DNA of 63,646 bases, the filler included, from Dugesia japonica (Eukaryota), in assembly GCA_001938525.1 (NCBI GenBank). It is 6 parts of 6 records of this genome, joined end to end, with 100 filler letters (N's around TTAATTAATTAA, not from the genome) between each part and the next. Parts side by side here need not be neighbours in the genome. Positions count along the whole stretch, not along the records: positions 10,255 to 21,274 come from MQRL01608200.1; positions 21,375 to 29,751 come from MQRL01388503.1; 4 more parts are not named here. One strand, 5' to 3'. This document shows positions 10,870 to 25,499 of this stretch, piece after piece. The notes beneath the pieces were generated by a model. The model saw only the letters and a program-made list of their open reading frames with translations, did no database searches and was not told where the DNA came from. Numbering within the stretch: position 1 is the first letter of the stretch; every line of letters starts with the position of its first letter. The position numbers were made by a program, and so were the translations under genes.

Positions 10870-13800
10870 TGCACGGATGAATGCTACATATTCATCTAAC
10901 AGTATTATATTTGACATTTCTTTGACATTAACTAATTTTTCTTGACGAGCTCAAATTAGGAAATAGGCTTTGAAAGTTGCTGAAAATATCAACGACCACA
11001 AAGGAAAGCAGAGCGACAAAAGATTTTTAAAAATTTTCCACAAGCTACTCAAGAAATGCTGATTCCAAAGCCTAAATTTTTTATGGCTCTTCAGATAGTG
11101 CAGAATATTGGATTCAAACCACCAAGGAATTTGCTATATTTTATCAAATGGGAATTTATTTTGCATTTCATATGTAATTACGAGGTGATGTTAAGGAGTT
11201 GTGGCAAGAAAAGAACACAAACCAGGACTTCAATACAAATGAAAAGTGCGAAAGTTAGTTTTGATCAACATTTATAAATGATAAATCACTGTTTGAAACA
11301 AATACAGATAAACAATGGCTTGATGAAAAGTATCGGAACTTCGAGATAAGAGTAAAAAGTCTTGTACATGATATATTTGAAAGCAAAAGATCACCAGAGG
11401 AAATATCAAGAGTTTTTATGCTAAATGGATTAAAAAGTGAAAAGTTAAAAGAATTCTTAAATGACGAGTTAAATGACGAAAAACGTTGAGAATTGGCTGC
11501 AAATCTTGATAAATTTGTAGCAAAAAGTAGTGTAAATGTTGTCAACGAAAGCTACGCAAGTGTAGTTAAGAAATCAGCTTTTGAACCAAAATATAATAAA
11601 TTGGGAAGCGATTACAGAGAACAATATTTTCATCACAAAGAAAATACTCCAAAATATTCTACTATTTCTAGAAAACCTTCAAACGATTCAAGGATTGGTA
11701 ATAATCTGCAGCAATTAGAAAATATAAATGAAGACTAAAGAAGAGAATTTCCAAACCATTCTCTGAAATATGTAGCAACAAAAATGTATAATAGATTTCA
11801 TTGTAAAGCTCCTCCAAGAGTAGAATTCCTACAGCCTGGTGCTTGTTTTTGTTGTGGCGAAATAAATCATAGAAGAATAAGCAGTACTTTAAAATGCAGG
11901 TGTTTAATATGCGGTAAAGAAGGCAGAACAAGAGAGAAAAGAATCTTTAAATGAATGTGACTCATTACTTGATTTTGAACATGATGTAATAAATAATGAA
12001 AGAAATGTCCAGCAACCCGCTGTATCCATCTCATCAGTGAGGTTGCAATTAAACATTTTAAAGAGAAAAATCGAGATATTGATAAAAGANNNNNNNNNNN
12101 NNNNNNNTGATATTAAGCTGATGCATCAAAAACGTGATGGTAGAAATTGGAGCAGTGTAAATTGTAATAAAATTAGCGTAGAGATGTTGTGGGATTCTGG
12201 AGCGTCTATCTCAGTGATGAAAAAAAAATTCACCAAAAATTCAATTTTCACATGTAATGCTAGCTAGAGTATTTTCTGAGAAAAGTGAAAAATGCATAGA
12301 AAAAGCCATTATTAAATGAATAAAAAGCATATAGAGAAAGAAATAATTATTGTTAAAAACATTTGTTCAAATTTTATTGGTTATTTTGATATAATGAAAG
12401 CGTTTGGAATGGGAAAAAAGAGATAAATTTTTTAGATTCAATAGATGTTATATAAAATAAGAAACATAGTAATAAAAAAATGAATACTCTCTAGCAATAA
12501 AATAATTAAATTACTTGATGAATATAACCACATATGTATGAATTCAAAATTTGATGTAGGGTTAACTAATATGACAAAGCATAACATAGAATCTAAAGGA
12601 GAACCCGTAATGATAAATCAAAGAAGACAACCTATGCATTTAGAAGTCAAGATAGACGAATTAACCCAAAATCCATATCAGCAAATATTATAAAACCTAG
12701 TCAAAGTCCATGGAATTCTCCATTAATGATTGTTCTAGGAACGATGGTTCTCTCAGAATGTGCCTTGCTTTTAGGAAATTGAATTCGGTAACTAAAAAAT
12801 ATTCATTTCCTGTTCCATAGATCTGTAAATATGTTACTTAATACATTAAATGACTCTACGTTAATATGACTCTCATTAATCTATCTAGGACAAGCATATT
12901 ACCAAAATGAATTAACTGAGAAGTTAAAATTAAAACCAGCTTTTAGCACAAAAATGGGACAATTTTGTTTCAATCATATGCCGTTCGGATATTGCACCGT
13001 TTCTGCAACATTTCAAAAATTAATTCATAAAATTTTTAACCAGATGTTATTTACTGGAGTAAATTTATGATAAACATTTACAAAATGTGATGGAACTAAT
13101 TGAGCAATCTGGTCTCGAAATTATTCCTCAAAAATGTATATTTAGTGTATCAAAACTCAAATTTCTTGGTCATACAATCAGTTTTAAAGATGTTGAAACA
13201 ATTTATGACATTATTAATAAAGTAAAAGAGGCTGTTATTCAAAAGTTTGCAACCAAAATTCGAATCTTCTTGGGATTGACAAATTACTATCGTATTAAAG
13301 ATTACGCCACAATTGCCAGTTCATTATATGCAGCAATAACTGGATCAAAAGAAGTTGTAGAGTGGACTGAAGAATATGACAACAGTTTTAAACTACTAAT
13401 AGAAAAATTATGTAGTTCTTGGCATTTCCAAATCCTCAAAGCAAAATTATATTAAATACAGATGCAGGTTTCAATGAAATCGATGCTGTTTTGAGTTAAC
13501 TGCCCAGAGATAAAAAACTGTTATTGCTTATGCATCTCGTAATTTGAATGATCATAAAAAAGGTTATTGTGTAACTAGAAAAGAACTATTGGCGTTGCAC
13601 AAATTTATGATTCATTTCAAGCATTATCTTTACGGAGAAAATGCATAGCCAGAACTAATCATAAGGCATTAATGTTTATAAAGAAAACAAGTAAACCAAT
13701 TAGTTCACAGTTCCAGAGGTTGATTACAAACCTAGTAGAATTTGATTTTGGTTTTTAGGCATTGATCATGGAAATGCTGATGGATTATCAAGAATAGGAG

Positions 13801-15090
13801 AAAGTTTATGCGCGCAATGTTTGATGGCTCATCACGATGCAAAAGGTGAAAAATTTAGAGTTAGAAAAATAAATATTGTAGAAAGCTCAAATTATGATAA
13901 AGAAAGTATCATAAAAATTCAAGTAAGGATCAAATTACCAGGAGATAATTGAATATATTAAAGATAAAAGTTTCCTAGTTAGTAAAAATTTAAATAAAAG
14001 TAAATAATTTAGAGATATTGATAAATTCGATATGGAAGAAGATATATTACTGTTTGTTAATAGAAAATACTAAGAGGATTGTTTCAGCAAGTGAATCAGG
14101 GGTTGATTTAAAAAAAATTCATTTATAACTTTGGAACGAAGAAATTAAAAGACTGTGTGCAAATAACATATTTTTGACCAAATATGTTCAGAATAATTGA
14201 AAATGAGTTTAAAAATAGGCTTGATTTGCAAAGATTTGATTTATCAAAGAAAACCATACGCGGGCAAAACAAAAGACGTTTTAATACCTCGAACCACATT
14301 TGAAGCTTTAGAACAGATTGTCATTGATATAGCTTATTTNNNNNNNNNNNNNCTTATTTTGATGAGTCAAAGGTAAAGAAGACGTATGTTTTAGTCATTA
14401 AAGCAAACTTGTTAGCCTGTCAGTTATGGCAAAACATGATAAAAAGTCTGTAGTTGAATCAATAAAAGAGAATTTAATATATAAATTTAGCAAGCCAAAA
14501 TCCATACTGACAGATAGAGACAAGATATTTGAAGGACAACTGATAAAAGGAATGACTCGGAAATTTGAAATTACACACGACGTTTTGTTTGCATACCAAC
14601 ATCAATAAAACGGGTTGGCAGAAACAATGAACAGAACTCTAAGTGATATGATTGTCACTGCAATAAGAAGTCAGTTGGGATAAGCTATTACCTCGAATTC
14701 AATTTTCAATTAATGCAACCCAACAAAAGGCAGCTGGAGTATCACAGTTTAAAATAATTGATGGAAGAAAAATTATGATTAATGGATCATTACTAAGTGA
14801 CAATGCAAGAAGTGGTGAAGTTAGAGAATTAGTTGATAAACATTTTAAAAATGCGACACTGAAATTAAATGAATATGAATCAGATAAAAGAGTACATCGG
14901 AATTATTTTGAAGAGGAAAGTGTAACCTCATAATTCGAAGAAAAATGGATACAGATATGAAGGTCCTTTTGAAATATTAAAATTATTAAGCACACATCAA
15001 GTGCTTTTAACTTATTCTGGAATCCCTAAACCACGAAGTATCGAGGGGCTAAAAAGAGCATATGTAAAAAAAGATTAAGAAGGAGGGATT
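10870..15090 (+). mobile_element. Decayed Gypsy/Ty3 retrotransposon internal region (gag-PR-RT-RNaseH-INT)
   Basis: Gag Cys knuckle remnant CFCCGEINH (~11840); protease LWDSGASISV (~12190); RT PWNSPL, DGSLRMC, MPFG; RNase H TDAG, IAYASRNL, YCVTRKELLAL; integrase ILTDRDKIFE, NGLAETMNRTL, YEGPF; polypurine tract aagaaggaggga (~15078-15088). Many stops and frameshifts. Confidence 0.93.
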
Positions 15091-15859
15091 TTAGATATAA
15101 TATTTAAACAAATATGTTTAAATATTATTGATTTATTTAATTTTAATAAAAGTTTGATAATACCTACTTTTGAAATACAAAATCTAACTGTAATGAAATT
15201 CGTTATGTCTCCTAAAACGTTCATTTTGATGTTGAACATTTTTTCTTCAAATTCAAAATCCTTTTCATAAATAAAAATAAATTTTATTAAATTAAAATTC
15301 TTATTACATAAAATTTCACCAATTAAAATTCCAAACTAAATGCATTAGGATTAAGTTTCGTTACATCACGAATCCTGGGAGGGGCACTGAATCTGTACTG
15401 TGTCAGTCAGCCAGTATCTACCTATTGCGTGTAAGCTCATTTTTCACTATGAAGCCAGCATTTTTAGGTACTAGTCTTTTATGTAATGTACAGGCAGTTT
15501 TAAATTATGGGTCGATTGTTGATTAAATATTATTATTATTTTATCATTATATATTATTTTCTAAGCGGTGCATTTTTAGGTATAAGTACTTTAGATAATG
15601 TATATGTAGTTTATAATTCTAAGTCAAATAGTGGTAAAATATTATCATTATATTATTATTATATATAACTATTATCATTATAATTTAATTTGAAGGAATC
15701 ATTTTTCACTTGTTTCTAGACAATGTATAGGTAACATTTTACTCCGAGTTGAGTGGTAATAATTTCATCAAAGTAATTAACTTAATATAAAATAATATAA
15801 TTTGTAACATCAAGATTTCTCGGGAGGAAATTAATTAATTTAATTAATTCGATTTTATA

Positions 15860-16970
15860 TGAATTTTTTATAGTTTTATATATGGTTTTGTGAAACTTAA
15901 GGGAATTATGAGGATTTTGTGAATTTTCAGAGATTTATGGGATTTACATGAAATTTTAGTAGTTCATGAAGGTTTTCTTCAATTTTAGTATTTATCAAGA
16001 GTTCTTGAAATTTAAGGGATATATCGGATTTTCGGTGAATTTTAGAGATATATAGTTTTTTCATGAATTTTCAAGGGCTAATGAACGTTTTCATAAATTT
16101 TTAGGGGTTTATGGGGGTTTCATAACATTTAAAGTTTCGTGGAGATTTCATGAATTTTATTTGGATTTTTTGGGAATTTCTAATGATTTATGGTGTTTTT
16201 TTTATGAATTTATGGGATTTATTGTGGTTTTTAAGGGTTTTATAATGGTATTTTTATGAATTTTAAATGATGTTATATTGGGTCTAACAATGTTTTATAG
16301 GGCTGTTAGTAAGGACTTTATCGAACATTTCATGAATATTTATTGATTTTGTGGGGTTTCCATGAAATTTAAGGATTCATAGAGTTCTGAGTGCTGATAT
16401 CTGAATTTTGAGATTTTTCGGGAATTTTGAAGAATTCATGGGAATTTAATGAATTTATGGGATCTATTGTGGTTTATCAAGGTTTTATAATGGTATTTTA
16501 TATGAGTTTTAAGATATTATAATTGGTTTAACATTATTTTATAGATGCTTTATACTGGTTTTAAGGACTCTATCGAATATATCTGGGATGTTTAAGGGGT
16601 TTTATCGGGTTTTCGTGATTTTTAAGGAAATCTTTAGGTTTTCTTGACTTTAAATGGAATTCTGGGGCTTTCATTCCATTTTAAGGAATTATGTGGTTTT
16701 CAAGAATTTATGGTAATTTATGGTAAGAATTTATTATTAAGGGGTATATGGGGTTTTAGAATGGCAATTTATAAAATATTTTGTAGGAGTTTTAAATGGG
16801 TTTTAAGTACTTATCGAATATTTCATGAATATTTTGGGGTTTATGTAGTTTACATGAATTTTTTTAGTGGTTTATAATGGTATTATATTTGATGTTTATG
16901 AGTTTTACAGTACTTCCTTATAGTACTTATAGTATTTATAGTACTTCCCCATGGTTTTCTATTATTTTCT
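15860..16970. repeat. Degenerate strand-biased tandem repeat (tttcatgaattttaagggatttatgg-like)
   Basis: Recurrent tcatgaattt and gggatttatgg units over ~1.1 kb. Confidence 0.7.
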
Positions 16971-18280
16971 ATGGATTTCCTATAAATATTCCCTTTCAAG
17001 TGCCTAATAATAGTTATTATACTAATATTACACCTGTAAATTAAAATAACAATAAAAATAATACACGTGGAAAATTTAAATTGTATTTAAAGTTATTATT
17101 TTAAGAATATTTAAAATATTGATAAGTATAAAGTAATTATGATTTTTTAAAATTAATTTAATTTTAATAAAATAGAAGTAGTTATTAAAAAAAGATTTTA
17201 GTTGTGAAAGTCTACAATTTACAAATAAACATAAGCGTGTAAAGGATAGAATCTATAATCAACATAAAATATATTAAATCCGTTTACCACGCCTTTCAAA
17301 TATTAATTATATTTTATTTGGAAATTTTCATAAGAAAAATAAATTTTTTATTAATTTTAATATATTTCTGTGATTGAAAAAGATTTTCGATTTTTTAATA
17401 AGTAATAATTTCGAAAGAGTTTTAAGTTTGTAAATAATTTATTTTTCAGAAATTCCCATTAAAAAAGAGTATAGAAAAATCTGGAATCAGCAAAAGGTTG
17501 CCTTTTTTTCAACACTTAAATTAATCATAAAATCTTTAATTGAACATTGAAAAATATTATTAACGGAACCATTTCTACAAAGCAGGGAGCATAACTGGTG
17601 ACCGGGGCACAATACATTTTTGGGCCCCTAGAAAAATTTATACCAATGGTTCCAAACTTTATCAGTCGCAAACCTCTTGCTAAAAAAACTTTTAAACTAT
17701 CAAATTTTTTTGGACGCAGAAAATCTTGTTTATCTTTGGGGATTGTTAGGTTATTCTTCAATTGGTAATTTATTTCCAAAATCACAACTATTTTTAGACA
17801 TAATTTATTTCAATTCCCACAGCTATCTCAATTATATAATTATATGAGAATAGAACCATAAAAATATTTATCTACAATTTAATCGATTTCTATTGGCTGA
17901 ATTAATTATTAATTTATAATTTTTTCCTTTTAGGGATTATTGAGCACCCTTATGCGAGTGGTGCTCGAGGCATAATGCACCCCCCTCGTTATGTCTTTGA
18001 CTGTAGGGTTCAATGTTTATCTTGGACAAACCAAATCAAAGTTTCAACTAAATGAAAATAACTAATAAGCTTTAGGTTGACAACACAGTGGCAGAGGCTA
18101 TAAAAAATAAAAATTGTGTTTATTCTATTTTGCAAAATTGTTCTCTACTTCTATATAATTTTTATACAAGAACAATTTTATTTATTATTTTAAAATAAAG
18201 CACTATTTGATAATTTTAAGGGTTGATAATTTTAATGAAAACACGTTATGACTATCTAGCGACTTTCTTTTTTTTTAATA

Positions 18281-19546
18281 CAGTCAAACCTGTCTTTAAG
18301 AAACACTAGAATTGACAAAATAGAACTTGTTTGCTAAAGAGATGTATGAAACAATTATGTAAGAATTTTTATTATCCAATGAAATTACAATACGGTTTTA
18401 CTTCGTAATTATGTAATCAGGCATTGTAAGACTTCGTGAATTTCTCAATCCCCACAGGATGGACTGGTGCATTATCCATAATCAAAAGAATTTTCTTTTG
18501 GTATTTAATTAAAGATTGATTGAAAGTTTTCAACCAATTACAAAAAATATCGAAAGTCATTCAGGATTTTTTCGAAAAAGCGTACTTTAAACACAATCTT
18601 TGAAAATCAAGATTTTTGATTCCACGTGTGTTTCCTGCTGACCCATTCATTAATGGCTTCGATCTTTCACCAAGCATATTTACGCAAAATAATATAGTTA
18701 CTCTTTCTTTTGAGAATCGTCTATAGGTTCTGTCATTATTTCGTATAGTGAGAGTTCGGCTTGGAGTACATTTATAAAATAAGCATGTTTCAATACAGTT
18801 GTAAACATTCCAAGGTTCATATTCTAACAACTTCTTACAAAATAAATCTTTGAAATTTCCAATTGTTGTTTCATCTACTAGGGATTCCTCGTCAACAATT
18901 GCCTTGCTAACAATATTTTGACGCTTCTTAACCAAAAGATGCCGTAAAAGACTATTTGAAAAATACCAGCCAATTTAAGAGCAATAGCTCTCACAATATC
19001 ATCAGTTACAGTAATTTGTTTTTGGCGTCTCATATTAAACCACTTCAACAGCTTGGAATCAATCTCTTGTGTTTTAGAACATGCTCTTAATTTCTTCAAA
19101 TTTTTGTTGCTTTGGTTTGTATTCATTTTCTCATTTTTCAAAATCTTGGTTATGACTGCAAGACGTTTTTTAAACTTGCTGTTCAATTGTCTTTGTGTAT
19201 ACATAGGATGACATGCAAAAAATTAATTACCTCTAGCTTTTCTTCAACAGAATATGGTCTCCTTTTAATTTCTTACCTCTTATTCATTAAAAAATTTAGA
19301 ATTAATAATGTTATTTTAAAAAATGTAATAAAATTGTATTATTAAAACAAAGTATGTTTCTTATAAAATTCTAATTTCTATTTAAAATGTATACATTTTT
19401 TCATAAAATCGGGTTCACTGTTCGTAACAAGCAATGTTTCTTATGAATTTCAAATTTCTACCGTATAGTATATATGTTTTAAAATTTAATTATAATAATT
19501 GTTCCTTTAAAAATTTGTCTCTTATATACAATGTTTCTTATAGACA
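18281..19546 (-). mobile_element. Tigger/pogo DNA transposon, internally deleted, with pseudogenised transposase
   Basis: TA|CAGTCAAACCTGTCTTTAAGAAACA at 18281; matching tgtttcttatagaca at ~19532-19546 runs into a gap. CENP-B HTH (EIDSKLLKWFNMRRQKQITVT) and DDE_1 (VYNCIETCLFYK; SKERVTILFCVNMLGE). Confidence 0.9.
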
Positions 19547-19940
19547 NNNNNNNNNNNNNNNNNNNNNNNNNNAATTAAATAAAATTTTCGAAACATTTTA
19601 TAAATAGAATTCAATTTTAAAAAATGATTATTTTCTTCATTTAACTAAGGAATGGATAAATTAAAAGACATTCCTGTGATATCAAGTGATTTTACTTTAT
19701 CAATTTATGTAACATTTTAAATATAATGAAGAGAAAACNNNNNNNNNNNNNNNNNNNNNNNNNNNNNNNNNNNNNNNNNNNNNNNNNNNNNNNNNNNNNN
19801 NNNNNNNNNNNNNNNNNNNNNNNNNNNNNNNNNNNNNNNNNNNNNNNNNNNNACGTCATTAACGCTAAATCTTTTTGAAGTTGATTAATTACGATGTAAA
19901 AATTATAATTTAAAACAATTTAAAAGCTAAATTTAATTAA

Positions 19941-20212
19941 TTAAAAATAATCCAAAGAAAATAAAATCAATAAAAAATAAAATAAATAAAAAATAAAATC
20001 AATAAAAAAAATCATAAAAAATAAAATCCATAAAAAATAAAATCCATAAAAAATAAAATCAATAAAAAATAAAATCAATAAAAAATAAAATCCATAAAAA
20101 ATAAAATCCATAAAAATTATAATCCAAAAAAATAAAATCAATAAAAAATAAAATAAATAAAAAATAAAATCCATAAAAAATAAAATCGATAAAAAAAATC
20201 AATAGAAAATAA
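19941..20212. repeat. A-rich minisatellite (aaaataaaatc[a/c]ata units)
   Basis: Direct observation. Confidence 0.9.
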
Positions 20213-20399
20213 TAATTTTAAAATTTAATTTAATATAGATTTAAAAGATTAAAATAAAATTGTACAAAATGTATCATGTGTCATATAGAATGATGTTTCA
20301 GCAATATTTTGTAAATATGTACAGTAAATAAAATGAAAGAGAATTCGGATCAATATTTTATTAAAAATCTTCGCAAACAGGTCATAAATTGTCTCTTAC

Positions 20400-20702
20400 C
20401 TTCAATTCATTCAATTTTCTGCATTGTTTCTTTCTACCAATCCAATTTTGTTAATTTATTTTCAAATTAACTTAGAAAATCGTTATAATTAGCGCCAGCT
20501 GAATTTTGAATGATTGAACTTAACAACTGAACTTCTATATTCACAACAGTATTACGCAACTGATCAAAACCAGCAAATTGCGCACACAGTCGTCATCTTT
20601 TGTTGAATTGTTGATTTTGCTAAAGACCGTTAACTTGGAGATTTTTGTTTGCTGAGTTTTTCAATAATGTCGTTTCTTCCTGCTTCAATTTGTAATTTTT
20701 AC
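20400..20702 (-). pseudogene. Isolated 303-nt symmetric (phase 1-1) exon of an unidentified gene with five in-frame stops
   Basis: tatAG|GT AAA AAT... to ...GAA G|GTAAGA; reads KNYKLKQEETTLL...RLCAQFAGFDQLRNTVVNIEVQLLSSIIQNS... Confidence 0.4.
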
Positions 20703-21274
20703 CTATAATGTTGTGTGAGCTATAGAATTTAATGTGCATATAGGATTTGATACTTTCGTTAATGATATGTGTCCATAAAATGAAGAATCTAGTGAAAAGT
20801 GTGCAAGAACAGCAAATAAAAATACATGAAACATATTTGAGACATACTTTTTTTATAAGTTGTCATTCTATCAAAATGTTTTTCTTGATAAATCTGAAAA
20901 TTATAGAGAAAAAATANTATGAATGGAAATTTATGCGTGAAATTATTACAATTATCGAGCCAAAAGTGAAGAGCAACATTTGTTATTTTATATTATTATT
21001 TTTCTTCTAAAAAAAACAATACAACAACACCTTTATCCAAAAGAAAGAAAACAATTAATAATTAGATTTATATCAACATCTATTTTATGAGGCAAAGAAG
21101 TTATGTAAAATATTTATGCAATAAATTATAAATATAAATATAAATAAATTCTTTAATGTCAATTTCAAAAGTTATGAAGATCTGAGCAACTCTTAAAATG
21201 AAACTTAAGAAAAAATATGAACAGTATATTTATCTTAGAAATTTAGTGGGAACGTCAACAATTCTTTTAACTTC

Positions 21275-21374
21275 NNNNNNNNNNNNNNNNNNNNNNNNNN
21301 NNNNNNNNNNNNNNNNNNTTAATTAATTAANNNNNNNNNNNNNNNNNNNNNNNNNNNNNNNNNNNNNNNNNNNN
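21275..21374. other. Artificial 100-bp scaffold spacer
   Basis: N44-TTAATTAATTAA-N44. Confidence 0.97.
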
Positions 21375-21448
21375 TTATGTAGATTTTTTTGAATTTCGTG
21401 TTTACCTACGCCGTTATATTTGCCTTAATCCGGTGTTTCACCCCAACA
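21375..21448 (-). mobile_element. Terminus of an element related to 3987-7955
   Basis: TTTCACCCCAACA (21436-21448) is the reverse complement of the left end TGTTGGGGTGAAA; flank GTAT is ATAC on the element strand. Confidence 0.55.
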
Positions 21449-22889
21449 GTATTTGAAAAATTATTTGATAATTGTTTAATTAATTGAACAGGCAAGAAAC
21501 TAATTTCGGTTTTATGGTGAAAAATAAAACACTTTTTTTATGCATAAGAATGAATTTTAGTCAGTTTTATATTTGCCGAGGACTTTTACTATTTTTTTGC
21601 AAACTTTATCATTCTGTGCTCATAGAACTTTTGGTTCTGGTTAGAATAAAACTAACCAAATGAGATTATGGGTCATCATCAGTAATTAACGTTTTACAAT
21701 TTTGTTGAAATTAATTATATCGATCTACAGAATAAAGTGATTGCAACAATTTTGTATCGATTTATGGTTTGAACTAGTTGTAATATATCCTATACAAGCG
21801 GTTCCTAAAATTTTCAGATCAAATAACATATTGCAAAAATAATACTTGGAGGGACACTTTTTTATATACCGGATAAGATTTAATTTTATTAATTAATTGG
21901 TATTAATTAGCTTTTTTTTCTTGGAACAATTTTTGATCTTCAGTTGGGAACCACTACTCTATACAATACTGATAATATATAAAGATAATATAATTATAAA
22001 AAAGGTAAGTAAATTAAATAAAAATAAATAATATAAATAAAATAAAAATTTTGCTTTATTATTAGTTTTATTAATGTATTAGATTTACAAATACAAATAT
22101 TTTTGAGAATAATTGTCGTATTTATAATTTCATTAAATTAAAAGCTTCGATCAATTTTTTTTGACAGTATTTCATACTATTTTAATTATATTAAATTTAT
22201 TAATTTAGTCGAAAATTAGAATACGTTGATTAGCAATTTAAACAATAAGATTTTTTCGCTTCTTATATCACATTATATATCAAACCAACCGTACTTTGTA
22301 TACATTGAATAATTAATGATAAAATAAGTTTATAGAATTTTATAATTACTTACAGAATAAAATACAAAATGTTTTAAATAAAAATGAAAAATTTATAAAT
22401 CTAACTTACATCAATATTTAATTGCCTTTTACAATTAATCGATAGCCATATTTATAATAAATTTCCTTTTGATGATTTTAAAATTAATCGATGGTTAATA
22501 TATATTATTAAATTTATATTATAATTTGGTGATATTCGATTAAACCTTATTAATTGACAATGATGAAATCACAAACAGTATTTTCAATAATAAAATATAT
22601 TTTAATAAATTTTTTGGATAAAATACAATATACAGTAAAATAAATAAACATATAAATTGATGAATATAACCAATGAATTTGATTCTCATTTCTTTTGGGA
22701 TCCAAATTTTATTATGAATTGTATAAACAATATTTTCAATCCATTTAAATTTATAATTTCTTTCTAAGCTTAAGTTCTCTTTAATAATATTCTCTTTACA
22801 CCCTTCTTGTCATTTACAACCATCATTTTGTAACATTAATGCCAATATTTTAGTATTTAATTTATTTTAATTTTTAAATTGTAAATTTT

Positions 22890-24065
22890 ATAGTTGCACA
22901 TGACATGCACAAAAAACAATTTAGGAAACTATGAATTGTGAATATGACACTTTTAATGCACAATAGCGTACGTTGGCTAAGCCGTGCTATATCCTTAGAA
23001 AGATTTGTTAATTGCTTAGATGAAATACGCCTATTTTTAAATGAATTTAATAAGAACGATTTTAAAGAACTTTATGATACAGAATGGTTGACAAAAGTTA
23101 TGTTTTTTACAGATATAACATTTCATTTAAACGTTCTAAACAACCAATTGCAAGGACGTGAAAAGAGAATTGAAGTTATGTTTGGGCTAATAAAGGCATT
23201 TGAAATTAAATTGGATATTTTTGTTAGAGATATCAAATTTAGCCAATTTAAATATTTCCCAAAACTTAAAATATTGTTGAATGAAATAAAATTTTTTGAA
23301 AAAACAAATTGGAACTTTACTGATGAATTTTCAAAAATTCTTGATTCTATTAAACAACAGTTCTCACAAAGATTTAAAGATTTTAAAAGAATTGAGAAAT
23401 TATTCAAAATTGTGAATTATCCTGACTTATTTGATTTGCAGAATTTTGATAATAATCTTCTTAATTGGATGGAATTAGAAAATTTAGAAATGCAAATTAT
23501 CGATCTGCAATCAAGTCCCATTTGGGTAGAAAAATTTGTAAATATGCGGAAACATATCGAACAATTGGAATATCATCGATTATCATGGAGAATCAGAATG
23601 TAGCATTGAAAACTCAATTCTAGAAGCGTGGAATAATATGCCAGATGCCTTTGGTTCTGTTAAGAAGTTAGCAATCTCATTGTTAACCATTTTCTCTTCN
23701 ACTTACTCTTGCGAAAGTCTTTTTTCAGTATTAAATCAAGTACATTCAATGGACAGGTTGACAGAGGAAGATTCGGCAGCATGCATTACCTTGCAATCGA
23801 CAACATACCAGATTGATATTAAAAACCTTGCAGGTAGCATGAAGCAAATAACTTGTAATAAAAAGTAAATTTAATAGAACATTAAATTTCCTATTTTACT
23901 TTTGTACTATTTCTTTCTATTCAATAAATATAATTACATAAACTTATAGCAAGATGTCTATTTAGATATGATACATATTAGACATAAATACTGGCACACG
24001 AAGAAAATTTAAATAACTTTTTATCTAAATTTGGCACGGCAATCAAATCTTATTTGCCATCCCTG
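22890..24065 (+). mobile_element. 3' part of a hAT transposon (SPIN/GTF2IRD2-like transposase) with right terminus
   Basis: HNSVRWLSR..SLERF, FFTDITFHLNVLNNQLQG, dimerisation motif FSxTYSCESLFS; ends tttgccatccCTG at 24065. Confidence 0.9.
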
Positions 24066-25499
24066 ATCTATGGTATTATAGTTTTCATGAATTTCTTTAT
24101 CAAAATTATTAACAATTGATAAATTATAATTATTGTCATAATTGTTGAGATTTGGCATACAACAATGCATGCATAACATACACATACTAACATACAATAC
24201 AAACAAATCAAGGTGAAAGAATCAAACTTCAATCAATATTCGAATGCAAACTCAGTCAAACCCGAAGAAAAAGCGAAATCAATTATATCGACATTAATAT
24301 TAATCTTGACTATGAATTTATTTTTATCTGATGGTTTCATTGACTTTATTATTTTATGATTATCATTTTTATTTATTATTTTATTTTTATTTATTTGTAT
24401 AATATTTTCCAATTAATGTGCAGTAGTTAATTTCATTTTTCAATTGCAATACTTAATATTGATTTAGTTTGATATATTCTCTGGGAAATGTGCAAAATAT
24501 TTAACAACAAAATATTGAGAGAAAACAATTGAATATTGATTCATGTTGAGAAAAAGCAATTGAATATTGATTTATTTTGTAAATATTAATTTTTCTGTGT
24601 AATGTATGAGGATTGGGTGAAAGAGCTTGCATGTACGATTAGGATAAATAATAATCATTTTTTTATAATTCTCAGACAAATTTAATTTAGAGAACCTATC
24701 TCTTTAATTGGCTTCTCTCCTTTAAAATAAACTGAGCGCTATAAGATTTAGCTATAGTATATTTACATCAAAAATATTATTTATAGAAGTACATTTTGTG
24801 TTCTTATTTAAATAGGGGAAAATACATAAATCACTTATTTATAATTTTGCTTAAAAATATCATTATATAATAGTCGTATTAACATATACACAAGGGTAAA
24901 TTTAGCTTTTATAAAATCAACACCTTGTTTTATATTATAGTGTTAAAATCAGAACCGTAAAATCTTTTGTTGAGTAGAAATACCCAACATGTTCATCATG
25001 AATGACATTTTCTTCTATTTTTTCATTAATTTTTCCTTTTTCTATGTCCTAAATTGATTTTGTTATATCTTCATTTTGAAAAACATTTTCCAATGGAGCA
25101 GCAACCTTAAAGAAATTTTCAAAATTAGGCATTTTTTTGTAAAAAGTGAATTTATTTTAAAAAACATGTCCTATTTATATAATTCGGATAACCAATCATA
25201 TTATTCCAAATGAATTATATCCAATCATATCAATTAAAACGAATAATAACCAAACATATCATTTAAAACAGGTAACGTTCAATAGAAACTTTCAAATAAC
25301 GAGTATATAAGCAATGGTTTGCATAAAATTAATCACTTTTATAATTCAAAAATGCAAGAAAATCAATTGAATAATGATAATGTATCAACAGTTACAATGA
25401 ACCTCAGGAAGATTACAGATTTTCATCACCACAAAATGTATTTCCTGAAGACACTATTTATGACTTTAAATTAATTTTTTATTTCTTTTTTTTAAAGAC

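Noticed and set aside
17582-18003. Possible GC-rich-ended MITE
   Set aside because: The ends are only loosely complementary and no TSD could be identified.
19941-20174. Phe/Ile-rich 'membrane protein' ORF
   Set aside because: Translation of an A-rich minisatellite.
21660-21690. Minus-strand CTGATGA as a hammerhead core
   Set aside because: No stem II followed by GAAA could be formed.
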